A stretch of 64,000 bases of DNA, from assembly GCA_030704615.1 (NCBI GenBank), contig CM060731.1, forward strand, positions 74,648,001 to 74,712,000, given 5' to 3'. Source of the DNA: Takakia lepidozioides. Its lineage: Eukaryota; Plantae; Bryophyta. Positions 14,601 to 27,579 of this stretch are shown piece after piece; positions within the stretch are counted from its first letter, which is position 1; each line of letters opens with the position of its first letter. A program made the position numbers and the translations under genes. The notes beneath the pieces are model-generated. The model did no database searches. It saw nothing but the letters and a program-made list of their open reading frames with translations, and was not told the DNA's origin.

Positions 14601-15567
14601 TAGAATTTATCAGTGATCAAGGAAGTCACTTCATGAATGAGACCATTGAGTTGTTGACTAAAGAGTTTATGATTGTGCATAGAAAGAGTACAACATATTA
14701 CCCACAGGGTAATGGGCAGGCAGAGGCTACTACCAACAAATACTATGTACTATCTTGGCTAAGATAGTCAATGCAAACAGAACGGATTGGGATACAAAGC
14801 TGCTGACAGCTTTGTGGTCATACAGGACTTCATATAAAGTCACCACTAAGTATACACCATTCCAATTAGTTTATGGTATGGAAGCCTTACTTCCAGTGGA
14901 ATTCCTGTTACCTACCATGAGAACGGAGTGGGGAAAAAGAATGGAATTGCAAGACTCCATCAAGGTCAGGAAACATGAATTATACCATGTGGAAGAAGTA
15001 CGTGCTGATGCAGCTGATAATATGACCAGAATTCAGATGAAGCGAAAGGAACAGTTTGATGAAGGCAAGTTAAAGACTTTTAAGACGGGGGATTTGGTTC
15101 TATGGTTGCAGAAGAAAGGAAAGATTCAAGCTTCTAAGCTTAAATCACCATGGAAAGGACCTTATGTCATACAAAAGATGTATGATAACAACACCGCCAT
15201 GTTACAAACCATTAACAAAGAAATGCTGGGAAGAGTCAATGCAAATAAGTTGAAGGGGTACAGTGGTATCCATGACAAACCCCTGCAGCATGATTTGCAT
15301 GTTGAACCGCAAGAGCAGTCACGGGCTGCACCAGTGTTACGAACGGAGTATGGAACACTTGTCGCTAGGCCCAGCATATATGACCAGGGTGGGCAAAACA
15401 AACGTGACACAGCCTCACTCAGCCTATCACAGCCCATATCACTCACAACACAGCCTAGCGTGTCACAGCCTATCACAGCTTACCACAGTGCATCACAGCC
15501 TATCACAGACAGTATGACACAGCCTGTCACAGCTCAACACAGCCTACTAAAGTTACACGATCCATAG
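11640..15567 (+). CDS. pol: pol: protease, RT, RNase H, integrase (several 1-nt frameshifts)
   Basis: VLIDGGSGVNIM and LLLGRPWL (PR); FLDD (RT); HCDAS (RH); GGHFG/CQKCDEC, DFVGP, SDQGSHF, GQAE, KGPY (INT). Confidence 0.95.
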
Positions 15568-16012
15568 AATCAGTGACAAGTGGACACATAAACTTCAGAA
15601 AATGGATGACGGAAGAAGAAACGGAAATTACTTTAAAAATAGACACGTGGAGGTCAGGGCGCGACACACAGCAGAGAATGAAGTGCAAGGACAGGTGTCA
15701 AAAAGAAAGAGACAAGAACGGCCCGTCAAAGGGATGAAAGGCGGCCCATTAATGAGTACGGAAAAAGGGAAACGGAACGAACGGCAAGTACAGAAAAGCC
15801 GAATTCTTGTCACATGTGTGATCCTAGTGGACTATCCAACAGGGAAAGTCCACTAAAGAAGATAAAATTAAAATCCAGTCACAGCGGATACAGCCAATAG
15901 AAAACCAGAGAAATGATCAAGAAAATGGAGGGAAATTGAGCGCAAGAGCGGCGTCGTTCTGAGTAACGGGCGTCTCGACAGGACAGGCCATAAATGCTAT
16001 AACTTGGAAACT

Positions 16013-19000
16013 ATGGAGGAACTAACAGACTATACGCTCGCAATATTACTTACGCAGTGGCATAGACACGAAAGGACAGAGCAGAGCTTTTCTCTTGAGC
16101 AATGCTTGCAAGCCCCGCAGGCTTACAAGAATTACCCATAGCTTTCTGCGGCAACCATACGTTTATGCTTTGTGCACTACAGGCATTCCTGCAGTTGTTA
16201 CAGCCAAAGCAGTTCTGTGAGTCTAAAATGAAGAGAGTGAGAGGAATGGAGGAAATCAGGGTGAAGAGCACCACAATTTCTGCAGAAACAAACGATGGCT
16301 ACCCCACAGGCGATAAAGATACTGGAGGAGCTGAGATTGGAAGGATTGCAAAGCCTAGATTGGACACTACACCATAGACAGTACATGTTACAATTTTTGC
16401 AGAACTTTGAGCCAAGGACAGAACAACAACGGTGAAGGGAGTTGAATTAATGATTACTCCCCTATACCTCCAGCAATTGTTTCGATTGCCAGCAGGTCAG
16501 GTGCATGTGGAGGAACACAGGGCAAGACTGCAAATAGGGGACTTATTCCAAGAAGGGAGTTTCTTTAAAACTCAGGGTTATGCTTGTACCAAAGCTGTGT
16601 ACCCAGGGTTAAAAGAGATAGGCCAGGTATTGAACGTTCTGATTGCCCTGAAACAGAACCAACAATATTTGAGCAGATCCTTCACAGAGGAAATACTCAA
16701 AGGCCTGAAGGGACAAGAGGTACAATGGGCGGACATAATGTACAACGCACTGTAGAGGAGATGAAAAGATTACAAGGTACTACCGCAAAGTCTCCTATCA
16801 TAGTGTCTGGCCCAATCATTGCTCAAATAATCCTTAATTCTGGCATACTTAATGCACAAGAAAGGAAGGAAATGGGAGTGTTTGAGCCAGAAACAACTGC
16901 AATGGAAGAGCAAGGCTCTTCACACAGTGAGGGTGGACTAGCAGCACAACCCGAGACTAAGAGGCAGAGAAGGGGAAAGACTGTAGTGGCGGATCCACTG
17001 GCTTCACGGATTCCGCATGATAATGTTTCCCAAGCTCATGGCCAGGAAGGGCACAGCAGCACAGAAAATGTATTACTGGAAGCAGGACCTTCAGAGAGGG
17101 AGGAGAAGTTACTTCTGCATCACAACCATCACAGCCACTTGAACGACTTGTCACAAGGTCACAAGTTATCCATGCAGCTCAACCCGAAATAATTGATTTG
17201 GAAAGTGAAGGGATAGATATTCCAACTACAGAACAGATAGTGGCAGAAATAGAGAAAGGGGACCTTCTCTATGAATATTCTGGTCTGGTCAAGGAGACAG
17301 AAATCCCAGAGGTGCAACAGTTGCCCAAGGGAAATCCTGAGGTGCATATAATACACACACCTGTGTCGGAGGTACCACAGGCGGAAGGTCATGACACTGT
17401 AGCACCGGTAGATGAAGTAGTTCAGGAAGAAAATCCGGTGGGACAATGGCCTGAATGGTTAGTGAGACATCATACTGTTGAAGATCAGGAGGAACAGCAG
17501 CAACCTCACCATGATGACCCTCAACAGGCAATGCTGATGAGTTCCATAGGCACACTTAATTTGTTGGGGACTTATGTCAAATCCCATGTTCCAATTACCC
17601 AATTGACAGCCTTGAAAGAGGAACTCAGGAAGGAGTTTGAGGCTCGACTTGCCACTGAGTGTGCAAACAAGGTCGATGAAGAGGTCACTCTCAAGATGAA
17701 GCAGGACTTGGGCAATACAGAAATGGCTTTGCAATTGGCCAAGCAACAATTGATTGAGGCAGGCCTCGCGCAAGACCAGTTGCACGAAGCACATAAGCAA
17801 CAGCTATACCAAATGCAGGTGCAGCATGAAAGCAAGTTGCAAGAACTGAATGCACTACATACGGAGTTGCAGACAGTGCATAACAGGATGGCGATACAAT
17901 GTGCTACATTTACAACTATGCTTGACCAATCAACAAAAGAAATAAACAGTCAAGCGGAAAAATGTACGAAGGCAGAAGAAGAGAATGTTGAGCAAATGAA
18001 GCTCATTGTCGATATGAAGAATACAATCTGTCGCAATGAAGATACTTTCAAGCAATACAGGCAGATGGAAGCTGATCAAGAGAAACACATCGTGGAGTTG
18101 CAACAAACCATCGTGGCCAATAGAAATGAAATCGCGGTCAGTAACAAGGCTTGGAAGGAAGCCAATAATCTACTTGCTGCTTATGCGCAATTGGTTGAGC
18201 CACAGGCGAAGCGCATGGAGGCTTTACAACAGCAGTTGGAATTGTACAAGCTAAGAGAGGAGCAAACTCTCAGGGGAACCACAAGCAGCTTGGTGGATAA
18301 CAGCCTTATGCAGGTCTGGTTAGCACAAGGGCCAGTAGAGGGCAAAGCCCCACGGAAGCTCACCCAAAGCGAGATGAATGAGCTCAGACTGCAGGTGCAG
18401 AACATTGCCACAACTACTATAGACAATGTCTATAGTAGGATAGCAGAGTTACAAGAGGATGTAGACGGACTCCAGACTCAAGTGGAAGACCTCACTTCAA
18501 ACATCGACCAAAGAGTCTATATCCCTCAGGAACAGCTAATGGCTTCTTATTTACAAGCCAGAACTTTGGCTTTTCAGTCTTCACAGGAGGTGCAGGAGAT
18601 GCCAATGATACAGGAGCCAGTACCACCACCACCACAACAGGTCAGTGTACCAGTAGCTGAACCTGTGGTTACTACAACCACACCACAGCCACCACAGCCG
18701 GAGGTATGGGGCAATGCCGCTTTTAACCCACCTAAAACTCCAGCTGCAAGGGAGTACAGTAGGGCTATGCTTATGCCCTTCAACCAAATTCCCATCATGT
18801 TGGATTTGGCTTGGAAAGAATTTAGTCCTCCGCAGTCATTCGCACATTACTACCAAATCATGCGTATTTGGCTGCCAGTGGCAACTAGGACTAAAGTTCT
18901 TCCAAACAATCGACATATTGAAGATCATCACTTTGCACAATACTGGCACGAGGCAGGTACCATGTTGAGGGAATTGGTTGCTTTCCAGGTTGTACATGGA

Positions 19001-19776
19001 CTCATTTATACCAAGACCAAGGAGATAGCAAGTATTGTCATGGGGTGCGGGCTATACTACTACGCTGCTTGTTTTCTGGTACGTTACCACATTGAGCAAC
19101 AAAAGATGCAAACACGCTTTCAAAGTTACTCCAGTGGAGATCATTGGGTATTACCTTCGGTGCCACCTCATATGTACCTATATGACCCAAAAGTTATGAT
19201 GCAAAAGGATTCTCAAATTCGTTCATGGTTTCAAGCAGCCTGCAACCATTTGTCAACACAGAAATTCGGACTTGATGACATTTTCTATAAGGGACATGTG
19301 GCATGGAAGTACTTGCACGCTGCACCAGTAATTGGTACCCCACTCACCTGGACAGACAAGGAGCTCAGTGTCTACACCAATTTTGCTGTTCAGCGGTTAC
19401 ACCAAGTTGTAAAATGCAAACTTCCAGACATGGTAGGACAGCATTGTATGCCCCAGATGATTCCACAAAAAGTTCGAAAATTAAAACACCTGAGAGGCGA
19501 TGAGGATTCTGATACAACTGTTTCTTCACAAATTCTTTTGACATGGGAGAAGACTATGCAATTCAGATGGCAGAAAAGAAGCGACGGGGGTCTCCTATGC
19601 CGGAAAGGTTACCTCGATATCAGCCTCCAGAGGCCTCACTTATCCAGGTAGTGATCAACCATCTCCGTCAACCAGAGACAGACCTCGGGCTCGTACACAC
19701 AGTCCGCCACGAAACTCTCAACGTCAACAAGGTGCTCACTCACAAAGGTTTGCTACTCGGAAACAGTAAACCGTGA
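16013..19776 (+). CDS. Large extra ORF between pol and PPT (~1,250 codons; conserved N-terminal domain, acidic linker, long coiled coil, conserved C-terminal domain)
   Basis: Overlapping ORFs 16102, 16432, 16584, 17198 (817 aa), 19543; conserved in all three copies. Confidence 0.82.
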
Positions 19777-19806
19777 GGACACGGCTTTTTGAGGGGGAAG
19801 GGGTAA

Positions 19807-20693
19807 TGTTAGAGGACTGTAGGGGACTTAGACACTTATACGGGATCTGTAGGGTACCCTTAATTTTTGCACAGACTGAGACCAACAGGAGCCTTAGGGG
19901 TGACAGCAGCACTGTAGAGGGGGTTACACAGTCACAGTCGTCACAGCCACACAGCCCACAGCCACACAGCCAACACAGCCAACAGTCCACAGCCGCCACA
20001 GGCCAACACAGTCACACAGTCGTCACAGGTCACAGCCACACAGCAGTCACAGCCCGACATGCCAGTCGGCTTGACACAGCTGTCACGATCATAGGGAACG
20101 AAGAGTAGGACAGGGAACGACTGTGGGGAACAACACCTGCGAAGGGAACATGTTAGTTCACAGACGACGGTTAGTGAGGGAAACGGTTAGAACCGCGGAT
20201 AGGAAGATAAAGGAAAACGGGGAATGAAGGGGGATGAGGAGGACTTCTTAGTCAGGCTGGAGCGGAGATCGGATGAGAGCACGGTGAAGGAGGAAAGAGG
20301 ATTAGTAGATGCTTGTTATATGCAAAGCTGTAGTGATATTGTAGAGCAGATTAGAGACATAATGGCTTCGGCCTGATACCTGATAAATCATAATCTGATA
20401 CTTATACGATACAATCACACTGTGTAGAGAGATCTGAGTGAAGCTGTGGATTGAATGGATGAGTGAAGGAAACCGATAGATTGATGAAGCAAACTGATAC
20501 TTAATTATCAATGGTAAGGTAGCTAAGATGAATGCGGAAAGGGAAACAAATAGGAAACACCCCCATGATACACTAGCTGTAGGTCATGACTGATTGTTCT
20601 GCGCGGGCTGAGTACTTAGAGATTTCCAACTCTTCTATCTTGGAGTTTCCGCCTCGGATAGCGAAGGGATGGGTGAGTAAAAGCCGCGCGACA
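19807..20693 (+). repeat. 3' LTR of family A copy 2
   Basis: Preceded by PPT GAGGGGGAAGGGGTAA (19791-19806); ends GCGCGACA. Confidence 0.96.
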
Positions 20694-20698
20694 ATAAG

Positions 20699-21039
20699 CA
20701 CAGTGTGAAACTAGCTAGAATAAAGCTAGTTATTTGTATTTAACACTTGGATTTAGGTCAAGTGTTAAATCAGGTGTCAAGTTTAGTTTGACACCTGACC
20801 CGTCTTATCTTCACGAGAGCGGCAGTCGCGCGGCTCATCACTCTCGAGTTGAGCCTGCGCGACCAAGCTCCTGCATGCGTTTAGATTTGAGTGTGCTTAT
20901 GTAGGGGTACAGGTTGTTGTGGGGTGGAGTCCCCATAGCTTGGGGTGCCCCTGGCTCGACTTATGTTTTCAAAGAGTGATGTTGATGGATAACCTGTTTC
21001 TTGTGTTGAGAGTGTGTGTCCTTTCAAGCTTTCTTATCA
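20699..21039 (+). repeat. Repeat A1 of the DNMT element (with 7753-7768)
   Basis: Direct repeat of 32240-32596; ends TTATCA. Confidence 0.93.
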
Positions 21040-21051
21040 CTCGAGAGAGAT
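21040..21051 (+). promoter_or_regulatory. Putative self-priming PBS
   Basis: CTCGAGAGAGAT is the exact reverse complement of ATCTCTCTCGAG in A2 (32396-32407; one mismatch in A1, 20837-20848); no TGG tRNA-type PBS. Confidence 0.7.
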
Positions 21052-21189
21052 CACTCTATCTAGTTTTCCAGTGCTAAACTAGATATGATGTTTTTGTTTT
21101 TTTTTTAAAGCACTATTATAATATAGATGGTCATGGTCTTGTACACAGCTCAAGCAATGAGCATAGAATGGCGCTAGCTGGAGTTTGTC

Positions 21190-22953
21190 TCACATCCTCA
21201 GTCGCAATGGTGGGACTCGGGGGTATAGGTAGAAGAGAGAGTAATGGTGGTATGTCCAGATTCCTGTTGGCATTGGTGAGGTGTGTTTCCACTGTAGGGG
21301 CGCCGCCGCCTGTGGAGGATATGTCGATGGCAGCTGGTGGTGGTGTGATGTTAGGGCCCCCATAGAGCCCGCTGCGGTGAATGAGAGCAGCGAATGGGGC
21401 AGCAGTGAATGGGAGTTCAAGTAGAGCCAGCGGCTGGTGAGCCTTTGGGTGTGCATTCTCTGCGATAATGGCCGCGCCTTGCCCTGTGGGTTGATTGAGC
21501 CTGCATGGGGGGTGGGTAGCTTTTCAAGTACCTTATTTGCATGCTCGTAGAAGAGTGCTAAGTTAGCACCTAGATTCTTGGTGATGGAATACTGGAGCGA
21601 CAGGAGGTCAGTGTGATGTCCTTCCTGCCGGGCGGCCATGCTGATTGAGACCCTATTTTCCATGGCCACTCAATCCTCTTTGATATTTGTCTTGATGGAG
21701 ATGGCCTGAGCGGCTAGTTGCTTGTTGATTTCTGCCATTAGTGAGTCGTGGCCTTGTTTTTTGGTTTGAGGTCGTCTTGGAGCTGATTCAGGCCCTTGGT
21801 CACTAACATGAGCATGTCGTGTTCCGCTACGACTTCCTGGGGCATAACGGCGAGGCCAGTTACACTGGCACGACGGAGCAGAGCTGCGGTTTTATGAGGG
21901 CAGTAATTGATAGGCCTGATGCTGGATCAACTGGGGTACCCTTTGGGAGTTGAGTAAGTGGCCCGTCAATTCCAGCGGCAAATTTATTGCCAGGTGAGGT
22001 GCCAAATCCTGCAAGTCGTGGCCTCTTGTCTTTTTGGAATCGGAATGCGAGCTCCCTGTCATACTTTTAAGAGCGTTGGAGGAGCATTGAGGCCTGGGCT
22101 AGCAGCAGCCAAGGGCATTGCTGGTCTGGCTGAGCATGTAACCCAAGTATCGAGCAATGGAGGCAGCGGCCCCTGCTGGAGGATGCATATCCAAGATGCA
22201 GGGATGGTATGGATGATGCTGGCATAACCTGCAATAGTGTGGCTTCAGATTGAGTCCACCGTGACTTGCAAGCACTCCCCATGAATGAACCTGTCCAAGC
22301 TTTTTATGCACTTGGAGTTTCTCGCATGAAGGTGTTAAGGTGCGGCGGTTTTGCTCATGTACGATGTGAAGGAGCGGCTGTGGCTTGTGTGCAAGCAATG
22401 TCACTGTTGTAGTATCAAGACTTTCAGTCTTTGCGACCGTGAGAGGCAGATCTTGCAATAATATTGTGTTGTAAAGCAGACGCATGTCTGTGAAGCCAGT
22501 AGAGGAAAGGACAGTGTGTAGCGGCGCTGTGTAAGGAGAGTGCATCGTTGCTGTGAAGGAGCGGCTGTGGCTGTAAAGTAGAAAGGGAGGACATTCGACG
22601 ACGCCTCGTGTCGTGGTGTCAACGCATTACGGCGATCAGATTTCTCCTGTTCTGTGAAGAGCAGATCAAAGAGGATTGGTTTCTTGCTTCTATTCAGGCC
22701 GGTTACGTCTCTGGAGGGGAGCTAACCCGTTACTGTTCAGGGTGTGTATCTTCATTGTAGATAAACGAGGCGCTTTGGACCCTTTAACGAGGCTTGGCGT
22801 TGGACGCTTTGAAGTTGGTTGATTGCAAGCATGAGTAGAGAACATTACACAGGGGATATGCATGTGGGCGAACCTTTTGCTGGTCAGAGCCTGCTGGTGT
22901 GAGAGCTGCTGCAGGCAGTAGCGTCGGCTGTTGGTGAGACGAAATAGAAGCAC
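21190..22953 (-). pseudogene. Degenerate antisense coding-like region in the leader of the DNMT element, unknown product
   Basis: GC-rich minus-strand ORF pieces (21190-21669, 22099-22545, 22690-22953) with a helical segment; bounded by T/A tracts. Confidence 0.35.
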
Positions 22954-24677
22954 TTTGGGTCTTCAATCCTGAGTGCCTCAGTACGTGAGCATTGTCCGCA
23001 CCAGCTTGATTTTGCATAGACCTGGAGGGGAACGGCCTCGGGAACCCGTAGATAAACAGGGAACAGGGAACCAAGACAAGTATTTTTTTTTAAAAAAAAG
23101 AAAAGAAAAAGAGTTTTCTTTGTATTTGTTTTGTCTTTTTTTTATTTTTTTTAAAAGGGGAAAGAAAAGAAAAAGGTGTTATGTTTAAAGAGCCTGGTTG
23201 GTCATATCTTCGTCAAATGAGCTCCGTTTGACTCAGTTTTTGAGGGGATAGCTGCAGAAAGGGAAATCTACCTATCTAGACCTGGTTTTTTTTTTGGGAC
23301 TCTGCTAAAAATCTATGGAATTTTTAGAGTGTGAGTGTGCCATGAAAGATCCACAATCCTGTTTCTAGAACCTGTTCTGGTCTACATGAGAGATAAATCT
23401 GGGATGTACTCCTTGTATGGCTGGGGGAAATGAGGACGTGATTGAAGGGCAAGTCTCTTCTTTTAGCCTGTGCACCAAAGGGGACAAGATTTATGTTTCC
23501 CAAGGAACTCAGACTGATTTGAGTGGAGAACAGTTGGACGAGTTGATTGCATACTGGGAGTCAGGCATTAGTAGTGGACAACAACTGCTGTAGTTGGCGT
23601 TGAGGGCCTCAATATCGCCTTGGACAGTCAGAACTCTGTTGGAGCCAGCAGTTCTGCAGCTGTAGGTGAAATACCAAAGTGGGTGAAAGCTAGGCTTGGA
23701 ACACAGCCAAAGACAGCCCCGGGACCAAGGTGTTCAGCCACAAGGCCGTGGTGTACTGGAGCAGAGGAGCAGGAGCTACACAAGTTTGTGCAATCAGACA
23801 TGGTTGCAGCCGATACGCTCTGCACAGGGCAACCACGAGCGGGGGTTCATCAGCAATGACATGTTTGTTGTGTGAAGGAGATGCAGTCATTCGCAATGAG
23901 GACACCCGCAACCGTCTCAAAGCTTTGAGTTGAGACTATCAGACCCTACCTTTGTTTTCTTTAGTGTTCAGTGAGCGGGAGATAGGGGAGTATTGCTTTG
24001 TCTCTACCTGGCAGAAAGAGGAGGAGGGTTGGTTAGAGCGAGCTACTGTAGCTTGGGACAAGGTTAGTGGCAGGTTTTTGGACATAGATATACCTCCTAC
24101 ACCTTACCATCATGCAGAGCGAGGCACTTTGAGAGAAGTCTGGCAGTTGATAGCATAGATCAGGATTAGATCTTGCTTGGTCGGGCTTCTATTCTTCCCC
24201 TCCATCTCTGTACTATTTTCATTACCTTGTACTTGTAGTTGCCAAAGCCTCTCTTGGTGGAGGCCAGTCAGTCCGGGGTTTTGGGCTGGGCTATTCTGCA
24301 GGATCAGCATTGCAGCTGGATTTTGGTGTGGGGGTGTTGATGTTTTGATTTCTTGTGTTTGGATCCCCCCCAACACCTGCATGCTTGACTGTGCGCCATG
24401 TTGGTTTTGTGTGGGCGCTTGCTTTCATAGGGATTAGGCCGGATTTGATCACCGGTCAATCCTAGAGTATGCTGTCGGTGGTGAGGCTGGAGTGATGACC
24501 AGCAAGACCACCAGTGTTTCTTCTATGGTGAGGCTGGGTTGATGACCAGCCAACCATAGGAGTTCTTGCGGTGGATGCAGGTGCAGGTGCCCTGAGCCAT
24601 TGGGATATGACCCTTAAACTGCAACAGGTGCCCACCCGTGTCACTATTAGATTAGTACTAGAGCCTTATAGTGTCAC

Positions 24678-26200
24678 GTGGAGGAGGTGCACATTGTGAG
24701 TGTCATTACGGAGTTACCCAAGGGTTTTGAGGGGAGTACGGCTACAGGCAGTAACAGTGAGAGAGTGGGTTCACAAGACGAGGTATTCGTTCAGACCACC
24801 TTCACCGCCACCTCAATTACTGTAGAGTCAGACACAGACTCGGAGGCTTCATCAACAGGTGTGCACTTTCATTCGCCATTGTTGTGGGACGACATGGAGG
24901 AGATGTATGGAGCTACCAAGGGGCCTCGTAGGTACTCTGGAGCTGTGGGCACAATGAGTTGGATGACTTTATCAGGAGTTCGACAGCTGGTGTGATTTGC
25001 AGCAGATGCGCAATCCACAACTATTCACCCCATTCATGGCGTGGAAGGGACTGTTCCAGCATTTGGAAGGCCCGCCTATGGACGATTACCACGAGTTCAG
25101 GCGAGGACATGAAGCAGAGATTGAGGAGTGGAGATGTATTGGTCACCTGACTACGTCTCCATTACTCGAGGCACGACGCGACCAGTAGCTGCATCAGTAC
25201 CAATAGCTCCCACTGCCAGCACTAGTAGTGGAGCAAGTAGTGCTGGTATTCTGCAGGTGGTACCAGTTCAAAAGGTGCTACTACCCTCCTGCCACGACTA
25301 CAACACATGTGCCTAGATTCAACCCGGTGGTGGAGTTCTTCCAGGAGTTGCGGGGATACAAGGTGTACGGACAGAGAAAGCTGCGAAGTTTGCAAGACTT
25401 CCAGCGCAAACCCAGTGAGAGCCTGCGAGAGGCGTACACTCGTATGAGGCGCTTGATAAGTGTGACCCAAGGGGTTACTGAAGCTCAGGCAATCCAGTTT
25501 GGTATGGAATTCTGGACAAGGAGCTCAAGAGAAGGGTGCGAGATGCAACCTGTTACAAGCAGCCCAACCCACATTAGCAGATGTGTTTGCTGGCTGAGCG
25601 GATTGAGCTCAACATGGTGGAGGAGCGAGTGTTACAATTGGATTTGGCAAGGACATGCCTGACGGGGCAAGTGTCAGCCAAGGCACAAGGGACTGCCCAA
25701 CAGCGTGGTCAGGGGGGCAAGGTTGCCCAGCCCAAGTTCCATGGAGCTTACAGGGGACCTCAGGTGCAGAGGCCCGTGGCATCTTTTGCAGGCCAACAGC
25801 AACCAGGGGTGATATGTTGGACATGTGGAGGACCCCATGTCAAGAGAGATTGCCCAGAGAGTGGCAAAAGGCCGGCACAAGCACAGCCTGCACATTGTGG
25901 CAGTGTGGGCATGGAGATGCCCAGTGTTATGACTTGCATCCTGAGTTGCGCCCAGGCCAGTTCCAAGGGAACAATGGTGGCCGGGGCGAGGTGGACCAGC
26001 CCAAAGAGGACGAGGTGGTCGGGCACGAGGTGCAGGCCAAGGGCAAGCTCAACATGGCCAAGGACGCGGAGGTCAGGGTGTTGACCAAGGCATGGCCAAC
26101 CGGCTTCAGCAGCTAGAGCAGAGGCTCGCTGCCATGGCTATAGCTCAGGCGGTACCGGCTCCCAGGCGGGATGGTCCACCTCCTGCTCCTGAGGGAGGAG
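24678..26200 (+). pseudogene. gag: gag of the DNMT element (frameshifted)
   Basis: LQDFQRKPSESLREAYTRMRRL gag motif; zinc knuckle CWTCGGPHVKRDC and a second CxxC...GHGDAQC. Confidence 0.75.
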
Positions 26201-26564
26201 ATATGGGAGCATGGGATTCATGTGCGGAGCAGCACTACCACTAGAGCAGGTGGAGTCTGCTGCAGCCGTGACTCGAGGAGCAGCACGAGTTCCTGAGCCA
26301 CGAGGTGCAGAGGTGGATTGGATCCACAGCGTGGGAGGCAAGCCGTCAGGCGAGGCTTCCTCAGTCATTCACATTGGCGGAGACGTGTCGACGCCATCCA
26401 TGGCACCTAGTTCTCGCCCGACTGTTACCGAGGCGGAGGTTACTATGCCATTGGGGAGAGCTACACGTGCAGCACTGACTCCTATGCCAAGGCTAGTGCG
26501 GCCGGTGTGTTATTGGGGGCAGCCACCTCTGTGTGTCAAGCCCCACTGTTCTCGGCAACCATGA

Positions 26565-27250
26565 TTGCGACGCCGGGTGAGACCAGCTGCAGTGTTCAGA
26601 CTAGCAGCAACACTCTGTGAGAGTGGGGAGGTCACTTCATCTTCTGCGGAGTTAGTGGAAGGTGTAGTGGCAGAGGGATCCTCGGATTTGAGGGTCAAGA
26701 CTGCCACGGCTGCGCCATGGCAAGCTGCAGCTGCCAGGTTGACGGAGCTGCCAGCTAGGCCAGCCTTTGAGCGCGCCATGGTGACACCTGGAGTTGTCTT
26801 GTTAGACAACCAGGGAGGCATTTTCACTTTGAGTGGACCGGCAGGCAAGAAGTACCGGCCACTGCGGGTCTTGTTGGACTCGGGAGCTCAGCCACTGATG
26901 TTGGGCAGAGCTGCTATTGCAGGTTTGGGCCTCATGGAGGCGGATATGGAGCCTTGTCCTTTCCAGATACAGACATCTCTGGGAGGATCAGAGCAGGCTC
27001 GGGGCATGACACGGCATCAGTTGGCCATTAGACTGCAGCCGGATCATCCTAGATGGCTCAGTGATGCGAGCCAAGGCCATTGTGACAGACGCGTCTCTTA
27101 CGATGTCCTCGTTGGTGGGGCAGTGTTATACCCATGGGCTTCACCCTGGATTTTGGGAGGAGTCAGCATCCTACAGGCCTGGATGGCAGTCAGGGGATGG
27201 TCGCCGTGCACAGCTCCCTGTGACATTCATTGGGGGTATTGCGGCTGCCC
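26565..27250 (+). pseudogene. Aspartic protease domain of the DNMT element
   Basis: LRVLLDSGAQPLMLG catalytic motif; YDVLVGG second motif. Confidence 0.8.
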
Positions 27251-27579
27251 AGCGGGGCAAGATGCCAACACTAGCCGCCTTACAGCTGCAGTTAGTTGGC
27301 CTGGAGAGTTGCTGGAGGCAATGCCCATGCAGAGGATGTGCCACCTCCAGCAGAGCAGGATGACATGCATGGTATGGCGGAGTTGCCTGCCATGGTTGCT
27401 CACACTCCATTGTGGGGTACGAGCAAGGATTTGCAGCAGGCTGCTGATGGACGGGTGCAAGGTGGGTAGAAGCTTTGTACCGTCAGGAGAGGAGGAGAGT
27501 GCGGTGATTGCACCAGGACCACCTCAGTTGTGCCATTGGACACCACACCTTGTGTGGCAGTCCCGGATGAAGGCATTGC

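Larger units (their letters stand above)
7769..20693 (+). mobile_element. Full-length Ty3/Gypsy family A copy 2, inserted 16 bp into repeat A1 of the DNMT element
   Basis: Paired LTRs; 5-bp TSD ATAAG (7764-7768, 20694-20698); removing it restores TGTCAAGTTAAATAAGCACAG as seen at 32240. Confidence 0.97.

Noticed and set aside
9291-15567. Programmed ribosomal frameshifts
   Set aside because: Indels are numerous, differ among copies and often fall in homopolymers; decay or sequencing error is more likely.
16013-19776. True retroviral envelope gene
   Set aside because: No clear signal peptide, fusion peptide or C-terminal transmembrane anchor.
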